NCBI GenBank assembly: GCA_038087875.1
Contig: CM075996.1
Coordinates: forward strand, 10,790,001-10,841,240
DNA: 51,240 nucleotides
Reading direction: 5' to 3'
Origin: Malacoraja senta
Lineage: Eukaryota
Below the pieces are notes generated by a model, which searched no databases, was not told the origin of the DNA, and saw only the letters and a list, made by a program, of their open reading frames with translations. A program made the position numbers and the translations under genes. This document shows positions 11,630-24,900 of this stretch, in pieces (positions within the stretch are counted from its first letter, which is position 1; each line of letters starts with the position of its first letter).

Positions 11630-12253
11630 AAGTCAAGAGAGTTTATTGTAATGTGTCCCAGATAGGACAATGAAATTCTTGCTTGCTGCAGCACAACAGA
11701 ATATTGTACCATAAAATATATATATACACACACATAAATAAACAGATAAAGTGCAATAGGCTGTTATAGTTCGTAGTTTGTTTGAAGTTATGTTTAATAG
11801 TCTGATGGCTGTGGGGAAGTAGCTGTTCCTGTACCTGGATGTTGCAGATTTCAGGCTCCTGTACCTTCTACCTGATGGCAGCGGAGAGATGAGTGTGTGG
11901 CCAGGATGATGTGGGTCCTTGATGGTGCTGGCAGCCTTTTTGAGGCAGCGCCTCTGATAGATCCCCTCGATGGTAGGGAGGTCAGAGGCGATGATGGACT
12001 GGGCAGTGTTTACAACTTTTTGCAGCCTTTTCCGCTCCTGGACGCTCAGTTTGCTGTACCAAGCCACGATGCAACCGGTCAGCATGCTCTCTACTGTGCA
12101 CCTGTAGAAGTTCGAGGGAGTCCTCCTTGACATACTGACTCTCCGTAATCTTCTCAGGAAGTAGAGGCGCTGATGTGCTTTCTTTATGATTGCATCAGTG
12201 TTCTGGGACCAGGAGAGATCTTCGGAAATATGCACGCCCAGGAATTTGAAGTT
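11630..12253 (-). mobile_element. Rex1/Babar-type LINE 3' fragment
   Basis: FKFLGVHISEDLSWSQN, KKAHQRLYFLRRLR, TVESMLTGCIVAWY, IKDPHHPGH, PSGRRYRS, then a 3' tail with AATAAA. Confidence 0.9.
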
Positions 12254-12359
12254 CCCAAGAATGACAGCAGGGGCAGTGCACCTCCTTGAATTCACCCTCT
12301 GAATCCCACTCCAGCCTGCCCCAAACTGAATACTGAATCAAGTGCAAAGCTGCAGGATC

Positions 12360-12665
12360 AGTTTAGTTTAGAGATAGAGCATGGAAACCGGCCCTTCGGC
12401 CCACCGAGTCCGCACCGACCAGCGATGCTCGCACAATAACAGTACTCTACACACACTAGGGACAAATTTATATTTATACCAAGCCAATTAACCAACAAAC
12501 CTGTACATCTTTGGAGACTGGGAGGAAACCAAAGATCTTGGAGAAAACCTATGCAGATCATGGGGAGAACGCACAAACTCTGTACAGATAGCACCCGCAA
12601 TGAGGATCAAACCTGGGTCTCTGGTGCTGTAAGTCAGCAACTACCGCTGCGCCACTGTGCCGCCC
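12360..12665 (-). mobile_element. tRNA-derived V-SINE (HE1-like)
   Basis: A/B-box-like head (GTGGCGCAGCGGTAG...GGTTTGATCC), a central domain shared with other copies, and a (CTAAA)n tail. Confidence 0.85.
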
Positions 12666-13074
12666 ATGATTCCTCAGTATCATTTCCCTGGTTTAAAAAA
12701 AAGATGTTATAATGGTACTGGGTGTGGAGGGTTTGAGTTAGAAAGAGAGGCCAGCGAGGCTGGGTCTTTACCATGTAGTGTAGGACGCTGAACCTTATAG
12801 ACGTATATAAAATGATGAGGAGCACAGAAATCAGTCTTTTGTCCTGGTAAACTAGAGGGCAGAGTTTTAAGATGAAAGGGGCAAGATTTAAAAGGGACCT
12901 GAGGGACAACTATTTTTGCATAAAGGGCGGTGAGTAAATGGAACGAGCTGTCAAAAGAAGGATGTTATAATGGAGGTGGATACTATGACAGCATTTAAAA
13001 GGCACTTGGTCAGTTACATGGACAGGAAAGGTTTGGAGGGGTATGAACCAGACACTAGCAAGTAGGACTTGCTA

Positions 13075-13640
13075 TGTTTTGGAATACAGCATGGTAACAG
13101 GAGCTTCGGTCCACCAAGTCCACGCTAACCATCGATGACCCATTCACACTAGTTCCATGTTATCCCACTTTCTCATCCTCACACCAAGGAGCAATTTATA
13201 GAGGTCAAATGACCTATAAACCCACCCATTTTTAGGATTAGTTTAGAGATACTGCGCAGAAACAGACACTTGGGCCCACCGAGTCTGCGCCGACCAGCGA
13301 ACCCCATACACTACCACTAGTCTACACACTAGGGCCAACTTACAATCTTTACTGAAGCCAATTAACCTACAAACCTGTGCGTCTTTGGAATGGGGGAGGA
13401 ATCCGGAGCACCTGGGGAATACCCACGTGGTCACGTGGAAAACATACAAACTCCATACAGACAGCACCCGTAGTCGGGTTCGAACCCAGGTCTCTGGCGC
13501 TGTAAGACAGCAAGAGCCAACGTGCCGCCCCTCGGATGTGGGAGGGAACCGGAGCACCCAGAAGAAACTCCCGCGGTCATAGGGAGAATGTACAAGAGAG
13601 CACCTGAGGTCTAGGTCAAACCCTGGCACTGCGAGGTAAC
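13075..13640 (-). mobile_element. Nested V-SINEs (younger copy ~13238-13530 inside an older copy)
   Basis: Two SINE bodies in the same orientation; the outer copy resumes at GGATGTGGGAGGGAACC. Confidence 0.75.
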
Positions 13641-13809
13641 TTGGTCAGCTTCGATGTTGGGCTGAAGGGCCTGTCTCCGTGTTGTATGATTCTGCAGACC
13701 TGAGCCCTGTGCTTCCAGATCAGCAGCAAGGACCCATACTGCAGTCGTTCACGCTCCCAACACCACTGAACCGACCACTGTGCACAACTGCACAGATTTG
13801 ATCGACATT

Positions 13810-13975
13810 AAATGCTGGAGTAACTCAGCAGGTCAGGCAGATTCACTGGAGAAAAGGAATAGGTGACATTCCTGGAAGGTCTCGACCCGAAACGTCACCT
13901 ATTCTTTCTCTCCGGAGATGCTACTTGACCCGCTGAGTTACTCCACTTTTTGTGTCTATCTTGGGTTTAAACCAG
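13810..13975. repeat. Penelope-derived fold-back repeat
   Basis: TGCTGGAGTAACTCAGC..AATAGGTGAC pairs with GTCACCTATT..GCTGAGTTACTCCA. Confidence 0.8.
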
Positions 13976-14335
13976 TGTGATGTTTGGTGCTGTGTGGGGT
14001 GGGAGGACCCATTGCTCCTCCCGTGCAGCAGGTGGCGCTCCTCAAACATCACAACCAGCTTCTGCAGTTCCCTCCTATGCATTCTGACAGCTTGCTAGCT
14101 GGTTTCTCAACACTAGCCGCCCTGTGCAGCTTTGAGCTCCCCGCCCGTGTGTGTGGTTTGCACACCCTTCGTTAGCTGCCCGCTTCTGTGTGGCCAGCTC
14201 ACCTCCCTCGTGAGAAAAATCCATGGGCCAACTCATACTTATTTAGATCCGAAGCATTCTCGGGGTAATCTTTGTCATTTGACGGTTACCGCACATAGTA
14301 TGGATGTCTGCTCCGGTCAGTAAATGTGGAATCAA

Positions 14336-14648
14336 GGGCGGCATGGTGGCATAGCGGTAGAGTTACTGCCTTACAGCGCTTGCAGCACCGGAGACCTGGG
14401 TTCAATCCTGATTACGGATGCTGTCTGTCCGAAGTTTGTACGTTCTCTCCGTGACGACGTGGGTTTTCTCCGAGATCTTCGGTTTCCTCCCACACTCCAA
14501 AGATGTACAGGTTTGTTGGTTAATTGGCTTGGTATAAATTGTCCCAAGTGTGTGTGGGACATTGTTAGTGCTTTTGGATCGCTGGTCGGTGCGGACCCAT
14601 TGGGCCAAAGGGCCTGTTTCCTTGCTGTACCTCTAAATTAAACTAAAC
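14336..14648 (+). mobile_element. tRNA-derived V-SINE (HE1-like), full length
   Basis: GGGCGGCATGGTGGCATAGCGGTAGAG head, GGTTCAATCC B box and CTAAA tail. Confidence 0.88.
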
Positions 14649-15132
14649 TGCACACAATCCCCAGGCAGAAAGTGCAGTGAGACTTGCAGCTTTGTGGCTG
14701 TGGTTGGGAGGTGTTGGCCAGAGCTGCCACCCAGGGACAAGGCAGCGTTTAATTTCACACCCGAGAGGTGGCGCACACACACACATGCTCACGCCCGAGG
14801 TGGGATTTGATCCAGCGGTTGCCGGTAAGAAGTGGCCGATTCGGAAGTCCAAGCCGCTGAGAATGTTCTTCCGTTCCGACGTTGGAGTTCCATCATCCTG
14901 GCGAGAGGGCCTGAACATCGGGCCGCCTGTAGCGGCGACTGCGGGGGCTCGGGAGGCCCCGACCACGGGTGAACAACAAAGAGGAGGATGACTGAACTTT
15001 GGTGCCTTCCCTCACAGTGGGAAACTTTGATTCCGCTGTGTGGGGGTGTTCATGTTAAAGACTATCGTGTGTTGTGTTCTTTTTTATTTGTATGGCTGTA
15101 TGGTGACCACAAATTTCACAGTACCATGACAA

Positions 15133-16373
15133 TAAATAGGTGCAGGAGTAGGCCATTCGGCCCTTCGAGCCAGCACCGCCATTCAATGTGATCATGGCTG
15201 ATCATCCCCAATCAGTACCCCGTTCCTGCCTTCTCCCCATATCCCCTGACTTGACTATCTTTAAGAGCCCTATCCAGCTCTCTCTTGAAAGCATCCAGAG
15301 AACCTGCCTCCACCACCCTCTGAGGCAGAGAATTCCACAGACTCACAACTCTCTGTGAGAAAAAGTGTTTCCTCGTCTCCGTTCTAATTGGCTTACCCCT
15401 TATTCTTAAACTGTGGCCCCTGGTTCTGGACTCCCCCAACATCGGGAACATGTTTCCTGCCTCCAGCGTGTCCAAACCCTTAACAATCTTATATGTTTCA
15501 ATAAGATACCCTCTCATCCTTCTAAACCCCAGAGTGTACAAACCCAGCTGCTTCATTCTCTCGGCATGTGACAGTCCCGCCATAACCTTGTAAACCTACG
15601 CTGCACTCCCTCAATAGCAAGAATTTCCTTACTCAAATTAGGGGACCAAAACTGCACACAATACTCCAGGTGTGGTCTCACTAGGGCTCTGTACAACTGC
15701 GCCAGGACCTCTTTGCTCCTATACTCGACTCCTCTTGTTATAAAGGCCAACATGCTATTCGCTTTCCTCACTGCCTGCTGTACCTGCATGCTTACTTTCA
15801 TAGACTGATGAACAAGGACCCCCCAGATCCCGCTGTACTTCCCCTTTTCCCAACTTGACGCCATTTAGATAGTAATCTGCCTTCCTGTTTTTGCTACCAA
15901 AGTGGATAACCTCACATTTATCCGCATAAAACTTCATCTGGCATGCATCTGCCCACTCCCCCAACCTGTCCAAGTCACCCTGCATTCTCATAGCATCCTC
16001 CTCACAGTTCACACTGCCACCCAGCTTTGTGTCATCTGCAAATTTGCTAATGTTACTTTGAATCCCTTCATCCAAATCATTGATGTATATTGTAAACAGC
16101 TGCGGTCCCAGCACCGTGCCTTGCGACACCCCACTAGTCACTGCCTGCCATTCTGAAAGGGACCCGTTAATCCCCACTTTCTGTTTCCTGTCTGCCAACC
16201 AATTTTCTATCCATGTCAGCACTCCACCCCCAATACCATGTGCCCTAATTTTGCACACTAATCTCCTATGTGGGACCTTATCAAATGCTTTCTGAAAGTC
16301 CAGGTACACTACATCCACTGGCTCTCCCTTGTCCATTTTCCTAGTTACATCTTCAAAAAATTCCAGAAGATTA
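15133..16373 (-). mobile_element. CR1-clade LINE (family A); its 5' part resumes at ~17630-17712
   Basis: NLLEFFEDVTRKMDKG through RT to GYGEKAGTGY. The upstream IGPSQHGFTKGK lies beyond the nested family B copy. Confidence 0.93.
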
Positions 16374-17615
16374 ACCATATAACCCTATAACAATTACAGC
16401 ACGGAAACAGGCCATCTCGGCCCTTCTAGTCCGTGCCGAACACTTACTCTCACCTAGTCCCATCTACCTGCACTCAGACCATAACCCTCCATTCCTTTCC
16501 CGTCCATATACCTATCCAATTTATTTTTAAATGATAAAATCGAACCTGCCTCCACCACTTCCACTGGAAGCTCATTCCACACAGCTACCACTCTCTGAGT
16601 AAAGAAGTTCCCCCTCATGTTCCCCCTAATCTTTTGTCCCTTAATTCCCAAATCATGTCCTCTTGTTTGAATCTTCCCTACTCTCAATGGAAAAAGCTTA
16701 TCCACGTCAACTCTGTCTATCCCTCTCATAATTTTAAAGACCTCTATCAAGTCCCCCCTTAACCTTCTGCGCTCCAAAGAATAAAGACCTATCTTGTTCA
16801 ACCTTTCTCTGTAACTTAGGTGCTGAAACCCAGGTAACATTCTAGTAAATCTCTGTACTCTCTCTATTTTGTTGACATCTTTCCTATAATTTGGCGACCA
16901 AAATTGTACACCATACTCCAGAATTGGCCTCACCAATGCCTTGTACAGTTTTAACATTACATCCCAAATTCTATACTCAAAGCTCTGATTTATAAAGGCC
17001 AGCACACCAAAAGCTTTCTTTACCACCCTATCTACATGAGATTCCACCTTCAGGGAACTATGCACAGTTATTCCTAGATCCCTCGGTTCAACTGCATTCC
17101 TCAATTCGCTACCATTTACCATCTACTTCATTATCCACAACACCACCTATCTTAGTATCATCTGCATACTTACTAATCCAATTTACCACACCTTCATCCA
17201 GTTCATTCATGTATATGACAAACAACAGTGGACCCAACACAGATCCCTGAGGCACCCCACTAGTCACCGGCCTCCAACCTGACAAATAGTTATCCACCAT
17301 TACTCTCTGGTATCTCCCATTCAGCCACTGTTGAATCCATCTTGCTACTCCACTATTAATACCCAACAATTGAACCTTCTTAACCAACCTTCCATGTGGA
17401 ACCTTGTCAAAGGCCTTACTGAAGTCCATATAGACAACATCCACTGCTTTACGCTCATCAATATCCCCAGTAACCTCTTCAAAAAATTCAAGATTAGTCA
17501 AACATGACCTTCCAGGCACAAATCCATGTTGACTGTTCCTAATCAGACCCTGTTTATCCAGATGATTATATATATAATCTCTAAGTATCCTTTCCATTAA
17601 TTTGCCCACCACTGA
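16374..17615 (-). mobile_element. CR1-clade LINE (family B) nested in family A, with an internal deletion
   Basis: SVVGKLMERILRD..QHGF..YMDFSKAFDKVPH..YADDTK..GYGLSAGRWD, with an ATATGGTT-type tail. Confidence 0.93.
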
Positions 17616-18412
17616 CCTCTTCTTTCCCTTTCCCCTTCGTAATTTCCCCTTCGTAAATCCATGCTGACTTGGACCGATCCTGTTGCTGCTATCCAAATGT
17701 GCGGCTATTTCAATTGGTGCATGTGACAATAAATGTATCTTGAATCTCTCTTGATCTTCTTGCTGGAACGACTTGAACCTGAGCTGTCACTGGAGAAATG
17801 TTGATCAAAGCTTTCCCATGGCCAGTGGGGGAAAGGGTGAGCAGAGATGAAAGGCAGAGGAGTGCTGGAAGTGTGGGTGTGGAGGGAACAGCAGGGGGAA
17901 TAGCATTTCAGCCCACAATGTCAATGTCGAACATAATACAAAGATGACTAATCTTACTTGCCTGCACACGATCCATATCCCGCCATTCCCTGCAAATCCA
18001 TACGACTATCAAATGCCTCTATCATATCTACCTCTCCTGGCAGGGCGTGTTCCAGGCATCCACCTGGTATTAAAAATCTAGCACCTTTTATACTTTATCC
18101 CTCTCATTGTAAAGCTTTACCCTCTAGTCTTTGACATTTCCACCCTGGGGAGAAAGTAATTGAGGGGAAAATAGAGGAGAGATGTGAGATAAGTGGAGGA
18201 AAAGTGGTGGGCTGCTGTGTGGGTTGGGGGCAGAGTGAATGGGGTGGAGATGGGATTGCAGGATGGAGAGTTTGCCTGTGTTGGCTGCAGTTGGCCTGCA
18301 TTAGGTTGGAAGTGTCCCCTCCATGCTGTGGAACCTGGCCTTGACAATAAATGTGCAGTGCATGGTCTCATAGGACGGCGATGGCTATATTCTGGGTCAG
18401 GTTGATATGGAC

Positions 18413-18718
18413 TTTAGTTTAGAGATACAGCGCGGGAATAGGCCTTTTGGCCCACCAGGTCCACACCGACCAGTGATCCCTGCACACTAACTTCATCCCA
18501 CGCACACTAGGGACAATTTTACATTAATACTAAGCCAATTAATCTACAAGCCAGTACATCATTGGATTGTGGGAGGAAACCGAAGATCTCGGAGAAAACC
18601 CATGCAGGTCACGGGGAGAACGTACAAACTTCGTACAGGCAGCACCTGTAGTCAGGATCAAACTCGGGTCTCTGGCGCTGTAAGGCAGCAACTCTACCAC
18701 TGCGCCTCCATACTGCCC
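18413..18718 (-). mobile_element. tRNA-derived V-SINE
   Basis: Same head, body and tail as 14336-14648, reversed. Confidence 0.85.
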
Positions 18719-18745
18719 AAGCTGACCGTCTTGCTCTGTTCCTAG

Positions 18746-18964
18746 ACTGGCCTGCAGGTGCGAGTGCACAGAATGGAGGAGCTGGAGCTGCTGACCGCTG
18801 CCTTCCGGGCTTGGCTGGACTGGGGCGGTGAACCGTCTGAAACCATAAGCCTCCCTCTCTCGCTGACACCAGCCCACATCATCAAGCTGCTGGGCAAGGT
18901 AACCCTTCAGAAACTGGATGAGCTTCGGAACATGCTGCCCTTCGAGTCGCTGGAAAGGGTGGAG
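18746..18964 (+). CDS. SUN-like gene exon (luminal region)
   Basis: CCTAG acceptor, GTGAGT donor, 219 nt, phase 0-0, TGLQVRVHRMEELE...LERVE. Confidence 0.72.
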
Positions 18965-21900
18965 GTGAGTGTCAAATGCTGGCAGCTTGGCCACTTCCCC
19001 CACCCCTGTTTGGCAGTGATGTGTAGAGTCTGTCCATAGGGGGGGGGGGGTGAGCAGAGCCTTGATTGACGCAGGAGGAAATCCAGCTGTTAGTTAACCT
19101 GTTGCTTAACCTGCCTGGTAGTCATTGAGAGAGATGGCATGGAAACGGGCCCTTTGACCCATTGAGTCCAGGCTGACCATCGATCACCCATTTGCACTAA
19201 TCTAATACATTTGTTATCTGGCAACTGAATTAGTTTACCACAACTAGAGAGCAGTCCTGAACTACGATCTACCTCATTGGTGACCCTCAGACTATCTTTA
19301 ATCAAACTTTACTATCTTTACCTTGCACTAAACGTTATTCTCTTATCATGTATCTATACACTGTAAATGCCCTGATTGTAATCATGTATTGTCTTTCTGC
19401 TGACTGGATCGCATGCCACAAAATCCTTCTATGCCCGGTTGAATGCAGACAACACAGCGCCCACCATGAGTCCACAGGTGTGCAGGGGGACTACCTCACT
19501 GACCCTACACACGGCACAGCACATCACAGGCAACTGTCTCCCGGCCATTCAGGACATTTTCCACAGGCGGTGCCTGCGGAAGGCACACAACATCATCAAG
19601 GACCACAGCCACCCAGCACGCAGACTGTTCTCCTTGTTACTGTCAGGCAGATGATATAGGAGCATGGCTGCACGTACCACCAGACTTAAGAACAGTTTTT
19701 ACCATCAGGCTTCTGAACTCATAAACACATCATATATGTTGATTATTTTATTTTTTTATTTATTATTGTCTTTTACCTACACCTGTCACTTTTATCTTTT
19801 ATCTTATTTTTATCCATGCAATATCATTGCTGAGGTGACCCATTGTCTTGTCTAACACATTTCATTGTACCGTTGACCCTGTGTTAACCTACATCTATCT
19901 ATCTATATATAAAACTGTGTGTGTGTGTGTGTTTCTGCCTGTCTTGTGGCTGCCAGCCTTCCTTTGATTCCTTGCTATGCCAACACCACACGCAGAAACG
20001 CCGAGATTTTTTCCATTTCGGTAGAGATTTCACTTTTCATTCCAAGTATCCACTCCTGATTAAATTTCTTCGTGTTTATGTACACATTTTTAATAAAATC
20101 CTTCCCCCCCCCCCCACCACTCACTCATTTTGTCTCCTCCTGCTGGCCAGACACCATAACGGCTGCTGCCGCCCGGCTCTGCTCCAAAAATGCCGCCATA
20201 TTTTTTTTTCGCTAGCGATTTTCTCCCTGGGGTCTGAAGCACGTTCGGGGTCTAAAACCCCGGGGTCTGAAGCACGTTCAGTGTCCAGACCCAACGGGTC
20301 TGCACTTGGTCTAGTATGACACATAAAACTGAACTGAACTGAAAAGCTTTTCACTGTACACGTGACGATAAACTGAACTGAACTTTATTCTTTCCATATT
20401 GTCTTCCATCCCCCCCTCCCCCCGATTCTCCACTTGCCGACATGGAAGAGGCAATTTACCGCGGCCAATTAACCTACGAATCTGCACGCATTTCGTAATC
20501 TCTCTCTGCAAAGGCTCTCACTCTGTGTTGGACAGAGGTGGGGTGGGTGCGTGCTCCTGGTGAGACTGTAACGCTGCTTGTGTTTGCTTCCAGCCTGACA
20601 TCGCCACCATCCAGCAGATGCATGAGGAGCTGACGGAGCCGGCGCTGTCGGCAGATGATTGCAAGGTGGGTGCTGGGAGAGGGAGCTGGTGCGGGAGAAG
20701 GGGTAGAAGGGGCACAGGGAGTCATGGTTCATAAGTGATAGGAGCTGAATTAGGCCATTCAGCCCATCAAGTCTACTCCGCCATTCAATCATGGCTGATC
20801 TACCTTACCCTCTTAACCCCATTCCCCTGCCTTCTATCCATAACCCCTGACACAAATACTAATCAATAATATATCTAACTCTTCCTTAACAAGATCCACT
20901 GCCTACTGTGGGAGTGAATTCCACAGATTCACCACCCTCTGATTAAAGAAATTCCTCAACTCCTCCCCAAAGGAACGTCCTTTTATTCTGAGGCTAAGGC
21001 CTCTGGTCCTAGCATGGCAAGCTTTCCTTCATATTCTGCCTGAAATAGCTGCTGTTAGTCTTTTTTTTGTTTTGTTTTAGAGATACCGCGTGGAAAGTCT
21101 GCGCCGACCAGCGATCCACACACTACCACTATCCTGCACACACTAGGGACAATTTACAATTTTACTAAGCTATTTAGCCCACAAACCTGTACGTCTTTGG
21201 AGTGTGGGTGGAAGCCGGAGCACCTGGAGAAAATCCACGCAGGTCATGGGGAGAACATACAAACTCCGTACAGATAGCACCCGTAGTCGGGATCGAACCT
21301 GGGCCTCTGGTGCTGTGAGGTAGCAACTCTACCGCTGCACCACCGTGCTGCCCCTCAGCTGCTCTACCTCTCAGTCAGACCACATATCTCGGCACCATTT
21401 AACGCCATACTCTCAATTCCGTGATATCAAGGCCAGTCACCTCGGTGTTGAACTGGTCTCAAGGACTGGTCTCCGGAGCCACTTGGGCAGAGAATTCCCT
21501 GCATTTCCCATCCTCTGGGTGTTAAGCTGCTACAGTTCAGTGAAGTTTGCTTTAAATTGAATGGTGGATTCTGCGGGCAATTGATGGGAATTTGTGAGGA
21601 ACTAGTTTCAAGGAAAATTCGTGAAGGACTGGGATTCTCTGAGAGCCGGCATTGATTTGATGGGCTGAAATGGCCTATGTTATAAGGAAATATGAAGTGA
21701 GTAAAAGTGACTTTTCTGCATTACATATTTGTAAATTTGACGAGTATGTTGTGAAATAAGTAGCTGCGAGTAGAATTAAAAAGCCTCCGAACTTGAAAAT
21801 AAACGTTTTTTTTTATTTCTATTCCCAGATGATGTTGCAGAAGGTGAAGGAAATGGAATCTGCTGTGGAAAGGTACAGAGCTGCACTGCGGCAGTTTCCA

Positions 21901-24900
21901 GACTGCACCAACTGCTCACAACGATAGAGATAAATAACTAATTTAAGGGCCTGTCCGTCTTGGCGATTTTGTTCGGCGACTGCCGCTGTCACATCAGTGT
22001 CGCCAAAAGATTTGAACATTTCAAAATCCAGCGGGGACAAAAAAAATGTTGCGACACTAAAACACCGCGCGTCATACGTCATCACGCTGCGTCACGCCGC
22101 AAATTTTTCGGTGACCTGATACGTCCGTCAATGATGCCGACAGTCGCCGAAAAAATCGCCAAGTGGGACAGGCCCTTTAGGAGCTGGGTGTTGATGTTGT
22201 AGGCCACATTATCTGCAGATGCATCAAGGTGACCCTGGGGTGTGGCACGGCAGCAGGTTTGCCTGTGGCTGAGCTGTGAGCAGTATAACGCTGATGCTGT
22301 ATGTTTCCAGCTAGGAGTGGAGTAGCAGCTGACCCTTGGGGGGGGGCGGGGGGCTTCGTCGGCTGCTGCGTGAAACAGATCAACGTCGTTTTTAGTTTAG
22401 AGGTACAGCATGGAAACAGGCCCTTCGGCCCACCGAGTCCGTGCAGACCAACGATCACCCTTACACTGGTAGTCAGGATTGAACCCAGGTCTGGCACTGT
22501 AAGGCCGTAGGTCTAATGCTGCACCACCATCCCTCCTCTGCTCCTGCACTCTGATGGCTTGCTTTGTCCTGTATAGGACAGGTCTTGTCTGGACCACAGC
22601 CAGACATAAAAACAGTATTTTTCCACGAGCAGTAGCTCTACTCAACAGCCAAAAGTCTGTCGACTCTTTTTACTCTGGTACTTTATTTCCACATGTTTAA
22701 ATCATAATGTTTTATTTTTAATTGTCTACTGTATATCATGTTTTTATCCTTGCAAACAAAGCACCAAGGCAAGTTCCTTGTATGTATACATACTTGGCTA
22801 ATAAAATTATATTGATTATTATTATTATAGGTTGACAGATGAACAGAAGCAGCTACTGACTGCACTGGCGCTGCTGGAGGAGCAGCTCAGCCAGACACGG
22901 CTGGAGCTGCAGGCTGCACGTGCAGCCCAGAAGAACATTGACTCCAGCATGCAAGCTCTGGAAAGCAGAGTTAAAAGTATGATTGATGTAAGTTTTCCCA
23001 AATAGTTTTTTATTTAACTGTAAAAGGCCAAAACTTAGCACTTCTTCTGCCTTGAAGATGATTAAAGAGATGAAGAGGAAAGTGTGGAAAGTATCTTGCC
23101 CTCTTCCCTCCCCTTCTTTAACACTCAACTCTCACTCACCCCCTCCCTCTCTACTGCATTCTTCCCTTTATCTCACTGTCTCTCCTTTTCCTCCTCTGCT
23201 CCTTTCCCTGTTCACGATGTGGTCTCCTCTACATTGGAGAAACCAAACAGGCGTTGGGTTTCTACTTTGCGGAGCACCTGTGTTCGATCCATGGGGCACT
23301 CCTGAGCTTCATGTTATCTCATTCTGGCTCTTGGATGTGGGAGTGACTGAACAGTCTGTGACTTCCTGCACTGTTGCAATGAGGCTCAAAGCAATCTTGA
23401 GGAATGGCATCTCACCTTCAATTTGGGCTCATGGCAGTCCTCTGGGCTTGAACTGAATTTGATAATTTTGGGTAAGTTGATTCCTCTGTTACTATCAGTT
23501 GCACATTTGTGATAATTGGGTTGGCTTGTCTTTTAAAATCTCTATCCAAAAGTGGAGGGCATGTCCATGCTGACCTGCCAGATATGTCTTGTCTGAAAAG
23601 CGTCTCCACCTGAAACGTCACCCATTCCTTCTCTCCAGAGATGCAGCCTGTCCCGTTGTCTATCTTCGGTTTAAACCAGCATCTGCCGTTCCTTCCTAGA
23701 CATGTCTTCTTTGCATTTTGTAACTGCTACAATCTTTTGTCTATTTTTCTTATCATCTAACCGCTCCTATTCACTCCATGACCAGATAACTTTGTGTGCA
23801 GCTTATCCCCATGGTCACCTGGTTTCACACTATCAGAGTCATCCACCCACCTGTGCAGCTTTACAAGTTTTTATTGTCGCCTCCCCAGTTCTGACGAAGG
23901 GTCTTTGACTTGAAACATGAATTCTGTTTCTCTGGCTACGGATGCAGCCTGATCCGAGTGCTCCCAGCATTTTGTTTTTCAGATTTATTCCATCTGCAGT
24001 TTTCACGCATTTATTCTAACCTTTTTTTCTATATGACTGCCACCTTTCAATCCATGTTAGCACACTTCCTCCAAATTAAGAGGGCTCTTAATTTTTTTGC
24101 AGCAGCAGCCTCATATGTGGCAAATGCCTTTTGGAAATCTACATACACACTACATTTACAGGAGATTGACACAAAAAGCTGCAATAACTCAGCGGGTCAG
24201 ACGGCATCTCTGGAGAAAACAAATAGAAAATTCCTTTTCTCCACAGATGCTATCTGACCCGCTAAGTTACTCCAGCTTATTGTGTCTATCTTTGGTTTAA
24301 ACCAGCACTTGCAGTTCCTTCCTACTACATTTACATGTTTCCCTTAACAACTCCCTATCACATCCTGTCAAGTTTTGTCATACATGATTTTCATTAAACC
24401 ATGTCGGCTACGTTTGATTAGATTCAGCTTACCAAATGATTAGTTATTTCCTCTTGCGAACTATGAGTGCTGGATGAATTAGAATCATAGAGTGATACAG
24501 TGTGGAAACAGACCCTTCGGCCCAATGCCCACACCCGCCAACATGTCCCAGGTACACTAGTGCCTCCTGCCTGCGTTTGGTCCATATCCCTCCAAACCTG
24601 TCCTATCCATGTACCTGTCAATTGACCTATAGTTCCCACCTTCTGTTTTTGGTGCTGGGAGGCCAGGTGAATCTCGCTCACAGCCTCTTCTACTGCTGGT
24701 CCAGGTGCCCAGTAAATGTGAGTTCTGCTTCCAACAGCCATTCAGGCAGTGAACCCTTGGCCCACTGTACTAAGTGCATCAAACCCTTGTGCCAATTGAA
24801 TTACATTTCCAACTTTGTGTCGGAAAGATGGTTACCTTGTTTACTCTGAATGGACCAGTCAGAATATCATAACCTTATGTATAGGAAGGAACTGCAGATG

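Noticed and set aside
13718..14265. Further candidate SUN 5' exons (after TTCCAG at 13718, TGACAG at 14090, GTGCAG at 14129)
   Set aside because: Frames hit stops, run into repeats, or end in a phase incompatible with exon 18746; no SUN similarity.
14336..14420. tRNA genes
   Set aside because: The A/B-box heads continue into SINE bodies and tails; they are SINEs, not tRNAs.
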